Shown here: piece after piece, positions 48,407 to 61,574 of the stretch
Position numbering within the stretch: the stretch's first letter is position 1
Layout of the letters: every line of letters starts with the position of its first letter
Source: Puccinia triticina
Lineage: Eukaryota
Assembly: GCA_026914245.1 (NCBI GenBank)
Contig: CP110439.1
Coordinates: 434,001 to 498,000 of the forward strand
Direction of reading: 5' to 3'
Length of the DNA stretch: 64,000 nucleotides
Notes under the pieces: generated by a model
Databases searched by the model: none
The model's input: the letters and a program-made list of their open reading frames with translations, nothing else
What the model was told of the DNA's origin: nothing
Translations under genes and position numbers: made by a program

Positions 48407-48496
48407 ATCTGATAGTATAGAAGGGCAGAGTTTGCACCTCCATCATCCCCTTCTCCATTCAGCAAAAGGTTCTCAGGAACACTTTTGAGTCTTACA
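47711..48496. mobile_element. Solo LTR (786 bp)
   Basis: TGTGGTAGAC..GAGTCTTACA termini; 4-bp TSD CCGG; inverted relative to the 62241 copy. Confidence 0.88.
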
Positions 48497-48742
48497 CCGG
48501 TCATCAAGGGGAATCAGCCTTCTCGATGACCGGGACAGAGCCCGGTCATCGAGAGAAGACAACACTCTTGATGACCGGGACAGGACCCAGTCATCAAGAG
48601 GAAAAAACCCTCTTGATGACCGGGACAGAACCCGGTCATGGAGAGGAAACAACCCTCTTGATGACCGGGCTCTATTTTGGTCATCAAGAGGACCCGGTCA
48701 TTGAGAGGGTTGTTTCCTCTTGATGACTGGGACAGACCCCGT

Positions 48743-51061
48743 TGTAAAGCTCAAAAGTGTTCCTGAGAACCTTTTGCTGAGTGCGGAAAGGGATGTATGA
48801 GGAAACCTCTGCCTTTCCTGGTTCACCAGACACTAAAACAAGCCCACCAATCTCATATTGGCAGGTTTAATGTAGTGATAGTGGAGTGTTATCAAAAGAT
48901 AACTGTTTTTATAAAGTGGGTGCGATGAAGTTGCTAAAATGTGTTATGAGTGAGGAGTCTGGACTTCAACCACGTGATAGTTGGTCAAAGAGGACCCCTC
49001 AGAGGTTTGTGTTATGTAATGTGAGTGTTGTGTAGAGTTGTTATTTTGTGTGTAAGTTTTTTGTAATGTGTGTAAAACCAAAATATAGGGTGACTGGTAT
49101 ATTGTGGAGTGAGCAGTTGTGTACTTTGTTATAGGGGAAACTGAGTGCAAGTAGTCTGCTAGTAGTCTGCTGGGGGAAAGTTACAACATGGGAGGAGAGC
49201 CTCCTTTTATAGACAACAGTGAGGGATTTTAACTCCAGAGGAGCTCCACATGAGATATTTTAGCTAGGTACATGAGGGTTTTTGGCTAGTACATATACTG
49301 AATGGGTGAATATGATTGGTCAGAACTGTATATGTGATTACACCAGGAAAAAAAAATAGTCACTTGATGACAAGTGACATCATGCCAGCTCCAGCAGGCT
49401 ACCCACCATCTACCCACCATCTACCCATCATCTACCCACCATCTACCCACCATCTAACCAGTTTAAGAATTTCCACAGGAGATCCTCAGTTTTTGCTGGG
49501 CACCACTGATCCCCATTTCTGGTCAGCTGATACTCAGCTTTAGCTCCCAGCTTATGCTCAGCTTTGGTGCCCAGCTCATGCTCAGCTTGGTTGCCCAGAT
49601 CAGAACCAGTCCTGGCCCAGCTTATTTTCAGCTTTATTCCAGTCATGGCTCAGCTTAGACTCAGATTAGGACTATCATTGGCCCAGCCAATGCTCAGCTT
49701 TGGACCAGTATTGGCTCAGCTGATTTTCAGCTTTGGATAAATCTCGGCCCAGCCAATGCTCAGATTCTGAGTCTGACCACTCCTGAACAGCTTATGCTCA
49801 TCTGTGGACCAGCCTTGGCTCAGCTGATGCTCAGCTGTGGACCAACCTTGGCTAAGACAATGCTCAGCTGTGGACCAGCCTTGGCTCAGGTGATGCTCAG
49901 CTGTGGACTAGCCTTGCCTCAGCGGATGCTCAGATGTGGACCAGCCTTGTCTCAGCTGATGCTCAGCTGTGGAACAGCCTTGGCTCAGGTGATATTAATC
50001 TTTTGAATAGTCTCAAAAATCTGATACTCAGCTTTGGAACAGCCTTGGCTCAGCCAATGCTCAACTTTGTACCAGCATTGGCTCAGCCAATGCTCAGCTT
50101 TTGAAAATTTTTGGCCCAGCTGGTGTTAATCTTTGGAACAGTATTGTCCCAGCTGATCCTAAGCTCTGCACAAGCCTTTTCCAAGATGATGCTCAGCTTT
50201 GGACCATTGTTGGCTAAGCTGATGCTCAGATTTTGAATATTCTTGGTCCAGCTGACACTTGGATTTGTTTCAGGCTTGGAATATACAATGCTCAGCTGTG
50301 GCCCAGGCTCAGCCAATGCTCAGCTTTGGCCCAGGCTCAGTCAATGCCTACTGCTCAGCTTATGATGAGCATCAGCTGTTCCTGGGAAAAAATTAGGATC
50401 AGCTGACTGTGCCACATTGAGTGCTCTGGTGCAGTCCTGCGAGCTCTACAAGTGCTGGTGGAGCAGACTTGGAGCAGCGCTTGAGTAGCTCTGGAGCGGA
50501 AACCAAAGCTGCATCATGTCACTTGCCATCAAGTGACTATTTTTTTTTTCCTGGTGAATTATGGATTGTGATCTGCAGGCTGAATCAGGGTGTGTGATTG
50601 GTCAGGACAGGATGTTAGTGTAGTCATGCTGTAACCAGGTCACCTGCTGTTGTCATGCAACAAAAATCCACTAGCGCATGTAGCTATCACATGCAGCTAG
50701 CACCTGCAGGAGTGCCTGCATGTGTACACTATATGTGTGTAAGTGATGATGCAGCTGTATGTAGTGTGCTGTGTATGTAACCATGTGTGTAAAATAAGTG
50801 TTGTAAATGTGGTTTGTGTAACTGATTGAGGTTGTAAGGGGTGTTGTGAGTGTGTAAGAGTATGTAACTTCTGAATGAGTGCCATTATGAGTGTTCTGTA
50901 AGGCAAGACTAGGGGTGAATTTGTCCCTAGAAGCTGAATCTTGAGGAGTATTAAGTGATTTATAAGAGGAAAAGGGAGATTAAGAGTGAAACTAATAGAA
51001 ATAAGAAAGAAAAGCAGAAATTTTTGATTTTGGTATATGGGATACCATAAAGCATACCACA
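48743..51061. mobile_element. Solo LTR containing a nested CACC-TIR element
   Basis: TGTAAAGCTC..CATACCACA termini; 4-bp TSD CCGT. Confidence 0.85.
49341..50556. mobile_element. Non-autonomous TIR element (CACCAGGAAAA ends, CACTA-like) with a GCTCAGC tandem array
   Basis: ~40-bp TIRs CACCAGGAAAAAAAAATAGTCACTTGATG.CAAGTGACAT; ~33-bp GCTCAGCTGATGCTCAGCT units at 49525-50380; flanks TA/AA. Confidence 0.85.
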
Positions 51062-51671
51062 CCGTTCATCAAGAGGAAACAAGCCTCTCAATGAGCGGGG
51101 TCTATCCCGGTAATTGAGAGGGTTGTTTCCTCCCAATGACCAGGATCTGTCCCGGTCATTGAGAGGAAACAACCCTCCCGATGACTGGGATAGACCCCGG
51201 TCATTGAGTGAGGGTGTTGGATAAAAAAAAGAGCACAAGTACCCGTGGTACCCGCAAAAATTACCGCCGGTACCTGCCCACGGGTGCCGTGTACGGGTAC
51301 GGGTGTCTTAAAATCACAAAAAACACTGCGGATACCTGGGTCCACTTGGCAATCTCTAGTACCCGGTACCCATTGGGCCCCACAGGTACCCGCCGGCGGG
51401 TGCAGGTGTCCAGAATTACAGTGGGGAGGACAGCAGGTACCCGCCAGTCAGCCGGGCCGCCGGCCATCAAAGAGCAGATAGCATCTGGATGATTGGTCAG
51501 CTGGTCATTGAAGAGGATGAAACCTTTCAATGACCGGTTAGCCGGTCATTGAAGAGCTTGAAACCCCGGTCATCAACAAGGATAAAACCTCTTGATGGCT
51601 GGCCAGCCGGTCATTGAGGAGGATAAAATCTCTTGATGGCCAGTCAGCCAGTCATCAAGGAGGATAATATA

Positions 51672-52061
51672 CACCAGGAAAAAAAAGTAGTCACTTGATG
51701 GCAAGTGACATGACACAGCTTTGGTTTCAGCTCCAACACTGCTCCCATGCTGCTCCTCTCCACCAGCACATCTAGGGCTCACCTGCAAGGTGTCAGGATC
51801 AAAGCACTCCATTTGACAAAACCAGATGATGCTCAGCTTTGGCCCTGGCCCAGCTGATGCTCAGATTTTATCCTGGCTCAGCTGATGCTTAGCTTTTGCC
51901 CTGGCTCAGCTGATGCTCAGCTTTTGCCCTGGCTCAGCTTTTGCCCTGGCCCAGCTGATGCTCAGCTTTCACACCGGCTACCTGATGATCATCTTTTTCC
52001 CTGGTACAGCTGATGCTCAGCCTTGGCCGTGGCTCAGCTAATGCTCAGCTTTGGCCCTAGC
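51672..52061 (+). mobile_element. End fragment of the CACC-TIR family
   Basis: TA-CACCAGGAAAAAAAAGTAGTCACTTG followed by GCTCAGC repeats; truncated by the next element. Confidence 0.75.
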
Positions 52062-54098
52062 TAGAGATGGCAAACGGGTACTCGTTGCCGGGTACCCGGT
52101 ACCCGCTGGCAGGTACCCGTTTGGCCCTACAGGTACCCGCCGGCGGGTGCCGGGTGCGGGTGCGGTGTGGTAAGCCAATCCTGAATATGGCACCAAAATC
52201 AAAGTCTTTTCACCTCAATATAAACCTCTCTGGAATACTCAAGCACCCACCTCCCTTAAGGAGCAAGGCCAGGACAACTCATACCCATCAACAGGCCCCC
52301 CATTCTCTCTTCACCCTTTTTCCCCACCTTCTGGATACCCACCTACACCAACTCAATAATCCTCAAGCACCCAGCTAGGCACAAGTGGGAGAAAGTCACC
52401 CATCAGACAGAGCCAGACTATTAGGAAAGACCCTGGATATTCATCATCTTTTTCTCTCTTCCCAATCCAGCATAACAACCCCATCTTGGCATTAGCCACA
52501 CATGTAATAACCATAGAGATTTCATCTTGGTTAACCCTTGTCCCCTTTGGTTTCAGCCCTCCCCTTTTCAGCCACTCATATGACATGTAATCCCTTTCTT
52601 CTGATGTTTCATTGTCTCTCCACATTTCAGCCTCTTCTCAGAACTTCCCATCCCCATAGCATTTTCAGCCTCAGCCCCTTGATTGAGAATTTTCACTGTT
52701 TCATCTTTTCTTCCAACCACAACTCAGCCTCATAAGATTTTGTATATAGTCTGCCCTCTTTGGCCCTACCTTTTGTTCCCCATCAGATCCTGCCCCAGCA
52801 ATCCAGATCACTGGTCACCATTCACTAGCCTAGCTTATGCCATTAAATCAGAGTGGACAAGCTTGATAAGTCTATGCCAAATATATCAGGTTGGACAGAC
52901 TTTACATTACCTTTAACTTGCTATTAGATTAGTAGAAAGTAAACCCTTAGACATACCTCAAGAATCTCCATAGCCACACCTTTCCTTAAGAGTCCATACT
53001 CTTATATTCTTTTTCTTGTTCCCCTGAGAGGCAGCCCTTCAAGCACCAAATCCCTCTCAAGCTCTATTCTTCCCTCAGAGTAGTTCCACAGCGGGTGTCC
53101 AGAATTCTGGTGGGAAGGACGGCGGGTACCTGAACGGGTACCCGCCGGTCAGCCGGTCATCGAAGAGGATACCTCTCGATGACCGACTGAACCGGTCATC
53201 GAAGAGGATAAAAGCTCACGATGACCGTTCAGCCGGTCATCGAAGAGCCTACAACCTCTCGATGACCGCTCAGCCGGTAATCGAAGAGCCTACAACCTCT
53301 CAATGACCGCTCAGCCGGTCATCAAAGAGCCTACAACCTCTCGATGACCGCTCAGCCGGTCATCGAAAAGTCTACACTCTTGATGACCGGCTGACCGGTC
53401 AGCCGGCCATCGAGGAGGATAAAACCTCTTGATGACTGTTCAGCCGGTCATTGAAGAGCCTACAACCTCTTGATGACCGGCTGACCGGTCATCGAAAGGG
53501 ATACAACCTCTTGATGGCCGGCTGACCGGTCATTGAACAGGATAAAAGCTCTCGATGAACGTTCAGCCAATCATCGAAGAGCCTCCAACCTCTCAATGAC
53601 CGGTTGGCCGGTCATCAAGGAGGCTACACTCTTGATGACCGGTCGGCCGGTCATCAAGGAGGCTACACTCTTGATGACCGGCTGACCGGTCATCGAGGAG
53701 GCTACACTCTTGATGACCGGCTGACCGGTCATTGAAGAGGCTACACTCTCAATGACCGGCTGACCAGTCATCGAAAGGGATACAACCTCTTGATGACCGG
53801 CTGACCGGTCATCGAAAAGGATAAAGGCTCTTGATGACCGATCAGCCAGCCATTGAGGAGGATAAAATCTCTCAATGACCGGTCAGCCAGTCATTGAAGG
53901 CGCCGCTACAACACCTCTCAGCCGGCCACTAAAGGTGATACCCGGGTACCTGTGCCTGGCACCCGGGTACCTCCCCCTCTGCACCTGGGTACCTCCCATG
54001 GCGGGTGCCGGGTGCGGGTGCGGGTGTGAGGAATTTGTAAAACAACAGGGGGGTACCCGCACCTGCCACAGGTACCCAAGTGTCATATGCCATCTCTA
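52062..54098. mobile_element. hAT-type non-autonomous element with a palindromic minisatellite (53150-53900)
   Basis: TIRs TAGAGATGGCA / TGCCATCTCTA; GGTACC-rich subtermini; no matching TSD. Confidence 0.75.
52166..53090. mobile_element. Solo LTR (925 bp)
   Basis: TGTGG..CCACA termini; 4-bp TSD GCGG. Confidence 0.85.
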
Positions 54099-54563
54099 GT
54101 ATATGTAAAGGGCAGACAAGCTGTCAGAGTGGTCCATGTAATCCGCACATGACCTGAGTATGGTGTTTTGTGTGTATGTAACTGACTGATGGTGTCTTGA
54201 AGGGGTTGTATCTTCTGATCCAGATCCCAGAGGGGTTTAAGGTGTGTTGTCCATGGTGTCCTGTGTAGTTTTGGCCGTAGAATCCATTGGTGCCGCCATA
54301 TTGGTTTATTTTAGAGTGTACATATGAGAAAAAAAGGAAATTTTGAAATGGGCTAGATGGGTAACCATAAAGCATACCACAATGGTCCGGAAAAAGACAC
54401 CATTGTCTGGCCACTTGAAAAACAACAACAATCAGTATTCCCTTCACCAAATTAAGAGTCTGCTCAGTCACATATGTTTCATATTTTCCAAGGCTTGGAC
54501 AAAACAACATCTTCTGTTGAAATGTTGTAATCCTCAGTGGTCAAAATCAACACATCAGGCATG

Positions 54564-54564
54564 G

Positions 54565-54610
<46 letters not shown>

Positions 54611-54653
54611 CAGCTTCAAGCTAAGGTCGCTGGTTCAAATCCTGCCCAAGTCA
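54564..54653 (+). tRNA. tRNA-like sequence (pseudo-tRNA or SINE head; anticodon uncertain, TAG or CTA)
   Basis: Acceptor stem GACTTGG/CCAAGTC+A; D-arm GCCT/AGGC with A-box; stem GCACT/AGTGT with an 8-nt loop; long variable arm; B-box GGTTCAAATCC; short T-run downstream. Confidence 0.65.
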
Positions 54654-55136
54654 ATCATTTTCTGCTAAGCGTCTGCAAAATGCATTGTTAGGTTTAACAT
54701 CTTCAAAAACCTGCCCGCGGTCTCAGAGTCGTGGGCTGTTTGTAGCAGAGCAATCCAGCCCCAGTACATATTCATTTCAAAACTTTCTCTATGACCCCTA
54801 TGGAATCTGGTCCCGACCTCAAATCTTTTCTTGTTTTTGAGGGCCCCATGTCAGTTCCATAACACTCCAACACTATAAATTTCAGGTCCAACGCCTCAAG
54901 CTTCCATAAAACAATTCCTACTTGAATCCAATACTTGGAAAAAATCCAGTTAGACTCATGACAGGGTTTCTTCAGAGTAACAGAGCTGCCTGTGGTCATT
55001 ACCAAAAAGCCTGATACAGAGCAGGTGAGCTATCAAAAATTTTAAGTTGTGTTTGAAATATAAATGTATAAGGCAATCCATGGTATATAAAATTGGACAT
55101 CTGCATACAGATCTCTATCCATTTGAATTTAGTAAA

Positions 55137-55163
55137 GGCGGCAAAGCCGCCCCTGGACTCTAG
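55137..55163 (+). mobile_element. Helitron 3' terminus
   Basis: GC hairpin GGCGGCAAAGCCGCC, 8 nt, then CTAG followed by T. A similar end occurs at 61356. Confidence 0.7.
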
Positions 55164-55171
55164 TAGCATAT

Positions 55172-58100
55172 GGGTCATACTTTACGCACTACCAAAAATT
55201 ACCATGTGCACTCCAAAAAGGTAGTGCACTCCAAGAAATCTTGGAGTGCACAACAATGCACTCCAAGAATGTTGGAGTGGATAACTGTGCACTCCAGAAT
55301 AAGAATAATCTGGAGTGCACAATCATCCACTCCAACAATCCTGGAGTGCAAGACCATGCACTCCAAGTTTTTTGGAGTGCACAAGAATGACACTACCATC
55401 ATATTTTTGAGAAATCCAATCTTGGAGTGCATATTAATTGTGCACTCCAAAAAACATGGAGTGCACAGAGTTTCACTCCAAAAACTTTGGAGTGCACAAA
55501 AACGCACTACCACGCCATTTGGAGTGCAGGGCAATACGAGAGTATTTTTGGTTGATTGCTATTGAAAAAAAAAAAACAATGTGTTCAAACTAAAGGCCAG
55601 GTGTACAGATCTAGGCCCTTCTGGATAGACAAAAGCCAGCCTTTGGCGTCTTGAGAAGTCAATTTTGATGCTGTGATGGGTGGGGGGATGGGTTTGACAC
55701 CATTTTCCCCATTCACCTGGAGTAAAACCCAGTGATTACCACGAACAGAGAGGAGGTATATTGGATCCCAGGCTGAGTCTTTGGGACCAAACAAGATTGG
55801 GAGATAACTGTTGGAATGAGTAGATGAGATGAAAATAATTGGTCGATCGTACACATTTGCGAGAATTTGACTGTGCGCCAGTTTGTCGAGCCAATTTTTC
55901 TTAGGACACATTGCTTTTGATCGGTCCACCGTGAGGCCATCAATTATCTTGACGATTTCTTGTTCATCTCCCTGATGTTTCACGTAAGTCGGCCGATGCT
56001 TTTTGAGTTTGTTAATCATATCCTCCCTGACCCTGAAAACCCCGTCGTTGTTGTTGTCGTAGTCGTAGCCTAGTGCTTTTGCAACACAACAAAACCCACA
56101 GTGCCCATCGCCGCTTGGATCATATATGTTGGTCACCCAACTTCGCATGTGGGTTGGAACAAGCTTAAGATAATTTTGTTTCTAACAGAAAATAGCTATG
56201 AGCAATCATTCCATGCACACAGAAAATGAGTATGAAAAACTCACCTCAAGTTCTTTTGCTTTTTCATAATCTTTCATAGCCTCTTCTGCATCGGATGGAA
56301 GTTTCGAAGAATGGTCAGATGGAAATCCTGAAGATATTTCGTCGTCGGATTGGTCATCGCAGTCTTTCTGATCATGAGTTGCAGATTGTTCAAGCGGTTT
56401 TGCGGTTGATGGACGAAGGAATTGCTGAAGATCTTTTGTATCGGGTAGGTCTTCTGCATCTTCCTTCGGTTCCTCTTTCTTGAGTCGCTTGGACTGACGA
56501 ACTGGTTGTTGTGCGGAAGACTTGGCCGCTCGCTTTGCGGCCGCGTTCTGTGAGTTCAACTGCGCTTCAACCACCTCAAAGGCCGAAGGGTCTCTTTTAG
56601 TGGATGTTGATTTTTAATCGGCTTGAGCTGGCTTATTCAATCGTGGCCGGCCTTTGGGGTTTTTCTTGACAATCGGCAATTGAATGGCCACTGCAGCATG
56701 AGTTCCCGCGACAATTTGATGAAACTGCTCAAAAATTCCGGGAAGCTTTTCTGGCTTTTCGCTCGCAAGGCACAAGGTCAGCTTCTTCATTTCATCTTCT
56801 AAATCCATCTTGGGTTCCTGTGATATCTAACAAACATAAGAAATGAAAATATGAATGAGAAAATCAAACAGAGTGATGATTCACAGTCACAGCACTTACT
56901 GTGGACTCAGGATTATACTTCAAGTTCCACTGCGGATGGAAGTCGGCAACCAATAGTACTTCTCCCATCTCCATAATTTCAGCAAGCCTATGAGCACAGG
57001 GCATTCCCACCCCCTTGGTCAGCGTTTGAGAGCAAGGCTCAGTTGGGTTGAGATCGTTGAGCCGATTGTATTGCTCCATGCATTTCTTGACCGCAAAACT
57101 GGAGATCGTTCCGAGGATAGGTATGAAAATTTTGGGGACGTTGACAAGTGTCTTGATGGTGTCTGAGCCAATTGCTTCGTGGACCGAGTTGATTTGATTG
57201 TCAACAGCAAGGGACAAAGATTGAAAGACTGTCAGGAGATCACCGGTGGAGCTTTGGATAAACGACTTCAAATAAGCGTGTCCTGATTCAACGCGAGACG
57301 TGTTGAGGTTTCGAAGGTGAGGATGTTGGCAAGCCCAGGCAACAACAAATAGCTCCTTCACGGGTAGGATCTTCTTTTCAAGGTATCCAAGCACCGCGGG
57401 ACGAGTTGCAATCGATTTCTTCAATTCAGCCAATCACTCTTCATAGATTGCTGGGGTCTTGGAGTAGGTGACCTGTGACCAAAGGGACATGAACAAGTCC
57501 CAGGGGTCTTCTGACTTCTTCGCTTTTTTTAATTTCTTGTCAGCTGTTGTCACGGCGACCACATTGAAGTGTTTCTTGCAGTTCGTCGTGATGTTTTTGT
57601 TGAGGTGCCAGGTGCACAGGTTGGCTTGAGCGTCGGGGAAAACTTCATGCAATGTGTTTCGTAATGCAGCGTCACGGTTGGTTATGAAGACCTTGGGTGT
57701 TCGACTGTGGTGCCAGATATGCTGCTTCATCTTGCTCACTGCCCACAAGTAGTTCGGGTCGTCCTCGTAGACCATATAACAGAATCCTATGGAGAAGGAT
57801 CGATTAGTTGCTGATTGACCGATGATGTGCAGAAGGGGTATTTGATATTGGATTGTCTTGTAAGTGGCGTCTAGCAAGGCCACGTGGTGATTGATTCGAG
57901 CCAAGTGTATCAAACCCGGGTGAGCAAAAAATAGATTTAAGATTGAGCCTTGATCATTGACCTTGACATCCCAGGACCAGTTGGTCTCCTTGAGGATACA
58001 CAGCAGCGCCTCGACTGGGCTCCTACCATCCAGATCGTCTCGACGGATTTTCTGAAGGGCATTTGAGATCGTCCGGTTGGTCGCCAATGTGCCTTCATCA

Positions 58101-59469
58101 GACATTCTCAGTTGTAGTAGAATCTGTGCGGGCTTGAGCTTTGATTTCGAAAGCTTCCGGATCTCTTTGATTTGTTCAGGAAGTAGTGCTTTGTGAGCAG
58201 TGTGCGACGAGGCTCCAGGCGACGGATCGTGGTTATGCGTGGCATCGCGGATTTGGAGCGTCCATTTTTTATCCAAGACTCTTTTGCTAGTCGGTATTGA
58301 GCCATAAAGTTTGAAGGGACACTCAATCTTACTTGTGGAAGTTGTTTGTGTTGAATTGTTGGCCTTTGATCCGCGATAGGTTCCAGAACGATCGCAGTGA
58401 ATGTATAAATTCTTTCCAGGTGCCGAGTTCGCTTTAGCCACCGCATATCCATGGTATTTGGCCCATGTTTGACAGAAATCGAACAAGTGATTGACCGATA
58501 CGAACTGAGCCGCCGGAGGGGGATCTAGTGGTTCTACATACCAGAGGAACCACTTCAGAAGGTGTTGAAAAAACTCAAGTAACTCAATTCAAACGTCAAA
58601 TCTTACCACCGCTCATATAATCAAAGCTGCTTGGATCAGTAATCAACAAAGGAGCTTCGCTGGGCCTTTCGGGATTGGATGGGACATCTTCATGGGATGG
58701 AACGACTTCGTCTTGAGAGCAGGTGGTACCAACGTTGGGAGAGAGTTCCTTGTTTGTGGGTGGTGAGTCTGAAGGAAGTCGAGATTGATCAGTCCCAGGG
58801 TTGGAGACGCAGGTTGATGGACCTCGCGGGGATTGAGTAGCAAGATCCAGATCCGATCGCGCAGGGGCCAATCCCGTTGGTAGCAGTGCCTGAGGGGCGG
58901 TCTGAGGGTTTGTCGTGGTTGGTTCTGGTGTCTGAGGGGCCATTGCGGTCGGTTGTGATGCCTGAAAAAAAGCAAACATTTGTTGCATTTGATTCCATAT
59001 CTCAGGAGGAACGTTCACGCCATTTGTCTGCTGATGATTTGACATGGTGTGTGGTGTGTTCCGGGGAGGATGGTTGTATGTTCGGACAATGTTGTGGATG
59101 TGTGGATGGTGGGTTTGGAGATTTGCGTGGTTGATAAGTATGGAAGAACTTCAGTGTTAGCACGAGGCAGGTGGGGATGCAGATTGGAGTATGTGGGTGT
59201 GTACTCCAAAATGTATAGTAGTACACATTTCTGCACTCCATTTTCAGATGACCGGGGGTCCTCAGGAAGGAGTGCACGGATCAACACTCCAAAATATTTG
59301 GAGTGATATTTTGAGCACTCCAAGGGGAGACTGACCTTGGAGTGCTCAAAAGATCACTCCAAATATTTTGGAGTGTCAATCCGTGCACTCCAAAATATTT
59401 GGAGTGCGCAGGGTGCACTACCTTTTGGAGTGCACATGGTAATTTTTGGTAGTGCGTAAAGTATGACCC
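55172..59469 (-). mobile_element. Mutator (MULE) transposon, 4.3 kb
   Basis: ~47-bp TIRs GGGTCATACTTTACGCACTACCAAAAATTACCATGTGCACTCCAAAA; 8-bp TSD TAGCATAT; CACTCCAA/TTGGAGTG subterminal repeats. Confidence 0.95.
55585..59045 (-). pseudogene. MULE transposase with FAR1/WRKY-like DNA-binding domain, SWIM-like finger and C-terminal OTU-like protease
   Basis: Motifs CDRSG..CPF..HNH, LLDATYKT, ITNRD (second catalytic Asp replaced by Asn), CTWH, SRVESGH and C..GMPCAH. Terminal exon DPSGDGHCGF..NHW. In-frame TGA at 57434. Confidence 0.88.
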
Positions 59470-61355
59470 TAGCATATATGTACCAGAGAAAAATTCATCA
59501 GAAGGTAGAATTTTTCAGATGGGTAACATTGAACATGAATGTCTAATTAGGGTGTTCAGGCCTTGGATAAAATCACAACACCATAAGATCAGAAAGTTAC
59601 AACCTGAAAAAATATGTATCACCCAAACACTCAAAGTAGTCAAATTTATCTTAAAATGATACATGAAAAATCATCACTTCAATCCAAGTTTATTAAAATC
59701 ACAGAAACACAGAAGGCAAGATCAAAGTTTTTGCCTGTTCTCATTAGCAAAAATCCCATAAAAGTTGAAATTAATCCCCAAACACCCCGGATGGCACCTT
59801 GGATTGACCCTCCAGACTCCTCTCGCCTTAGCTTCCTTGCCCCTGTCTAGCCTTCAATGCCGGGATCCCACACGCCGCCTCTGCCCCAGCTATGCCCGCT
59901 GACGTAGCCCGCTTTGGCTGCCACGGCTTCCCCCAGTCACACCCTATACTATCCAGTCCGCGCCGGCCTGCTTAAGTCAAGTCCAGCTCCGCCGCCGCCG
60001 CGCCGTGGACATATCCCCGTGCACCACCTTGTGGAAATTTTCCGCACTGTGCCGCTCCGGGCCAGCCTTGCAGAATCCGCAGCCTGCAACCTGTGCGGAA
60101 AATTTGGGTCCCAGACCCATATTTACCATCACATCGCATGGTCCCTTCCCCTGCCGTACCACTTGCAAGTCAAAGGCCCCCTCCTGAACTGAGCTAAGTC
60201 TCTCCTGGGCGCTTTGCTCCCGCCTCCGAAGGAGGGACTTCTGAATAAGTGGACTTTTTGAGTTTTTGCAGAGAAAATCCCAAGTCTGCAATAACTTTTG
60301 CAAAAAAATAGCTATTGTGGCACCGCAACAAACATGATGAAGTTCTACACTTGGCCTACAACCTCACAAAATTTTGAGGTTGTACCACCCCTCCTTCAAA
60401 AAAAACCAGCCCTGTGAGACACTCCACTGGGCACCCTGAAACAGTGAAGTGAATACAGTTCCTTTGAGGCAAAAAATTGGCACATTGGTCTGCTTTTTTT
60501 CCATAGCTCTGACAGGTGTATGTACAAAGGATGAAAAGCATAAGCAATTCTCCTTTTTTTGATGACACTGACATAAAATGGATTGCAATCTGTGAGACAA
60601 TACCCCTAGGGACCTGTGTCTTACCCATTATGAGGCCTTCTTGCTAGCTGATTTCTTGACCATTAAGGTGGGGTGATATATAACAAAACAAATACTGATA
60701 GAGGTGCAGGCTTCTTGCCTTTTCATGTATATATACATTGAGCAAACCTGTAATGCCAAATTTTTTTTTAAGTCCCTCGTTTGGAGGCGGGCGACACTTA
60801 GTTAAGTCCAGCCCCCTCTGACCAAAAACCCTTGCCCCTGCGCAGGTGGCACTTGTGCAGAGCAACTGGAAAGTTTCAATGGCAATCCCTGCCGCACCCG
60901 CTCCAGATGCTTCTCCCTGGGGCCCTCCTCCTGGCCACATTGATCAAACTCCAGACGGACTGGGTCACACGACCAGACAGCAGGGCTGATGGACAGAGAT
61001 TCCTTTGATATGAAGGAGTACAAAGTGATTAGATGAATCATAATCCAATTTTCATTGAATTTTTTAATCATTTTTGCTATATATTAATCAGTCTCACAGA
61101 AACATTGGGGCTTGACTTATTCAGATTAAGACTTGTGCAATCCATTTTTTTTTTTGCATGAAATTGATTTGAATGAGAAATTTAGTTTTTTTGCACGCAT
61201 GGGATGCAATGGAGTGTGTGTTCCTTAGCAGGGAATGGGGGATACTTCACAACAGTCTACTTCGCCAGATTTAAAATCATTTTTGCCTATCTAATATGGC
61301 TAGCCTGTTAAGGGAAGGGGTGATTGAAAGTGGCGGGATGGCCATTGAATTTGCA

Positions 61356-61380
61356 GCGGCGAAGCCGCCTTGGCCTCTAG
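61356..61380 (+). mobile_element. Helitron 3' terminus
   Basis: GCGGCGAAGCCGC hairpin followed by CTAG|T. Confidence 0.7.
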
Positions 61381-61574
61381 TTTTTTATGATTTTATGAAT
61401 TGAAAACATCAAAGAGCTGGGGAATTCCTGGTGAAGTATGCCCTATGTATCTGAGAATAGGTCTTGCGCAGCCCCATACTGGTGGAAGCTGGCCAACAGG
61501 GGGTTTGTGATCCTGTGTATCTTTGTGATGTGATGGATGATGAAAATAAAAAAGGGTCCTGATTAATTGACTTA

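Larger units (their letters stand above)
47420..51665. repeat. Remnant of hAT-type non-autonomous elements with tandem hairpin units (GATGACCGG..CCGGTCATC), interrupted by solo LTRs
   Basis: ~40-45-bp palindromic units at 47440-47710, 48497-48742, 51062-51208 and 51465-51665; GGTACC-rich block at 51238-51450 resembles the MITE at 32437. Confidence 0.65.

Noticed and set aside
53150..53900. CRISPR-like array of palindromic repeats
   Set aside because: Linkers are short and similar to one another rather than unique spacers, there are no cas genes, the context is eukaryotic, and the array lies within hAT-type TIRs.
59790..60940. Cys/Pro-rich ORF remnants on both strands sharing PPP.EGL..K, possibly Helitron protein fragments
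   Set aside because: Too degenerate to assign without a search.
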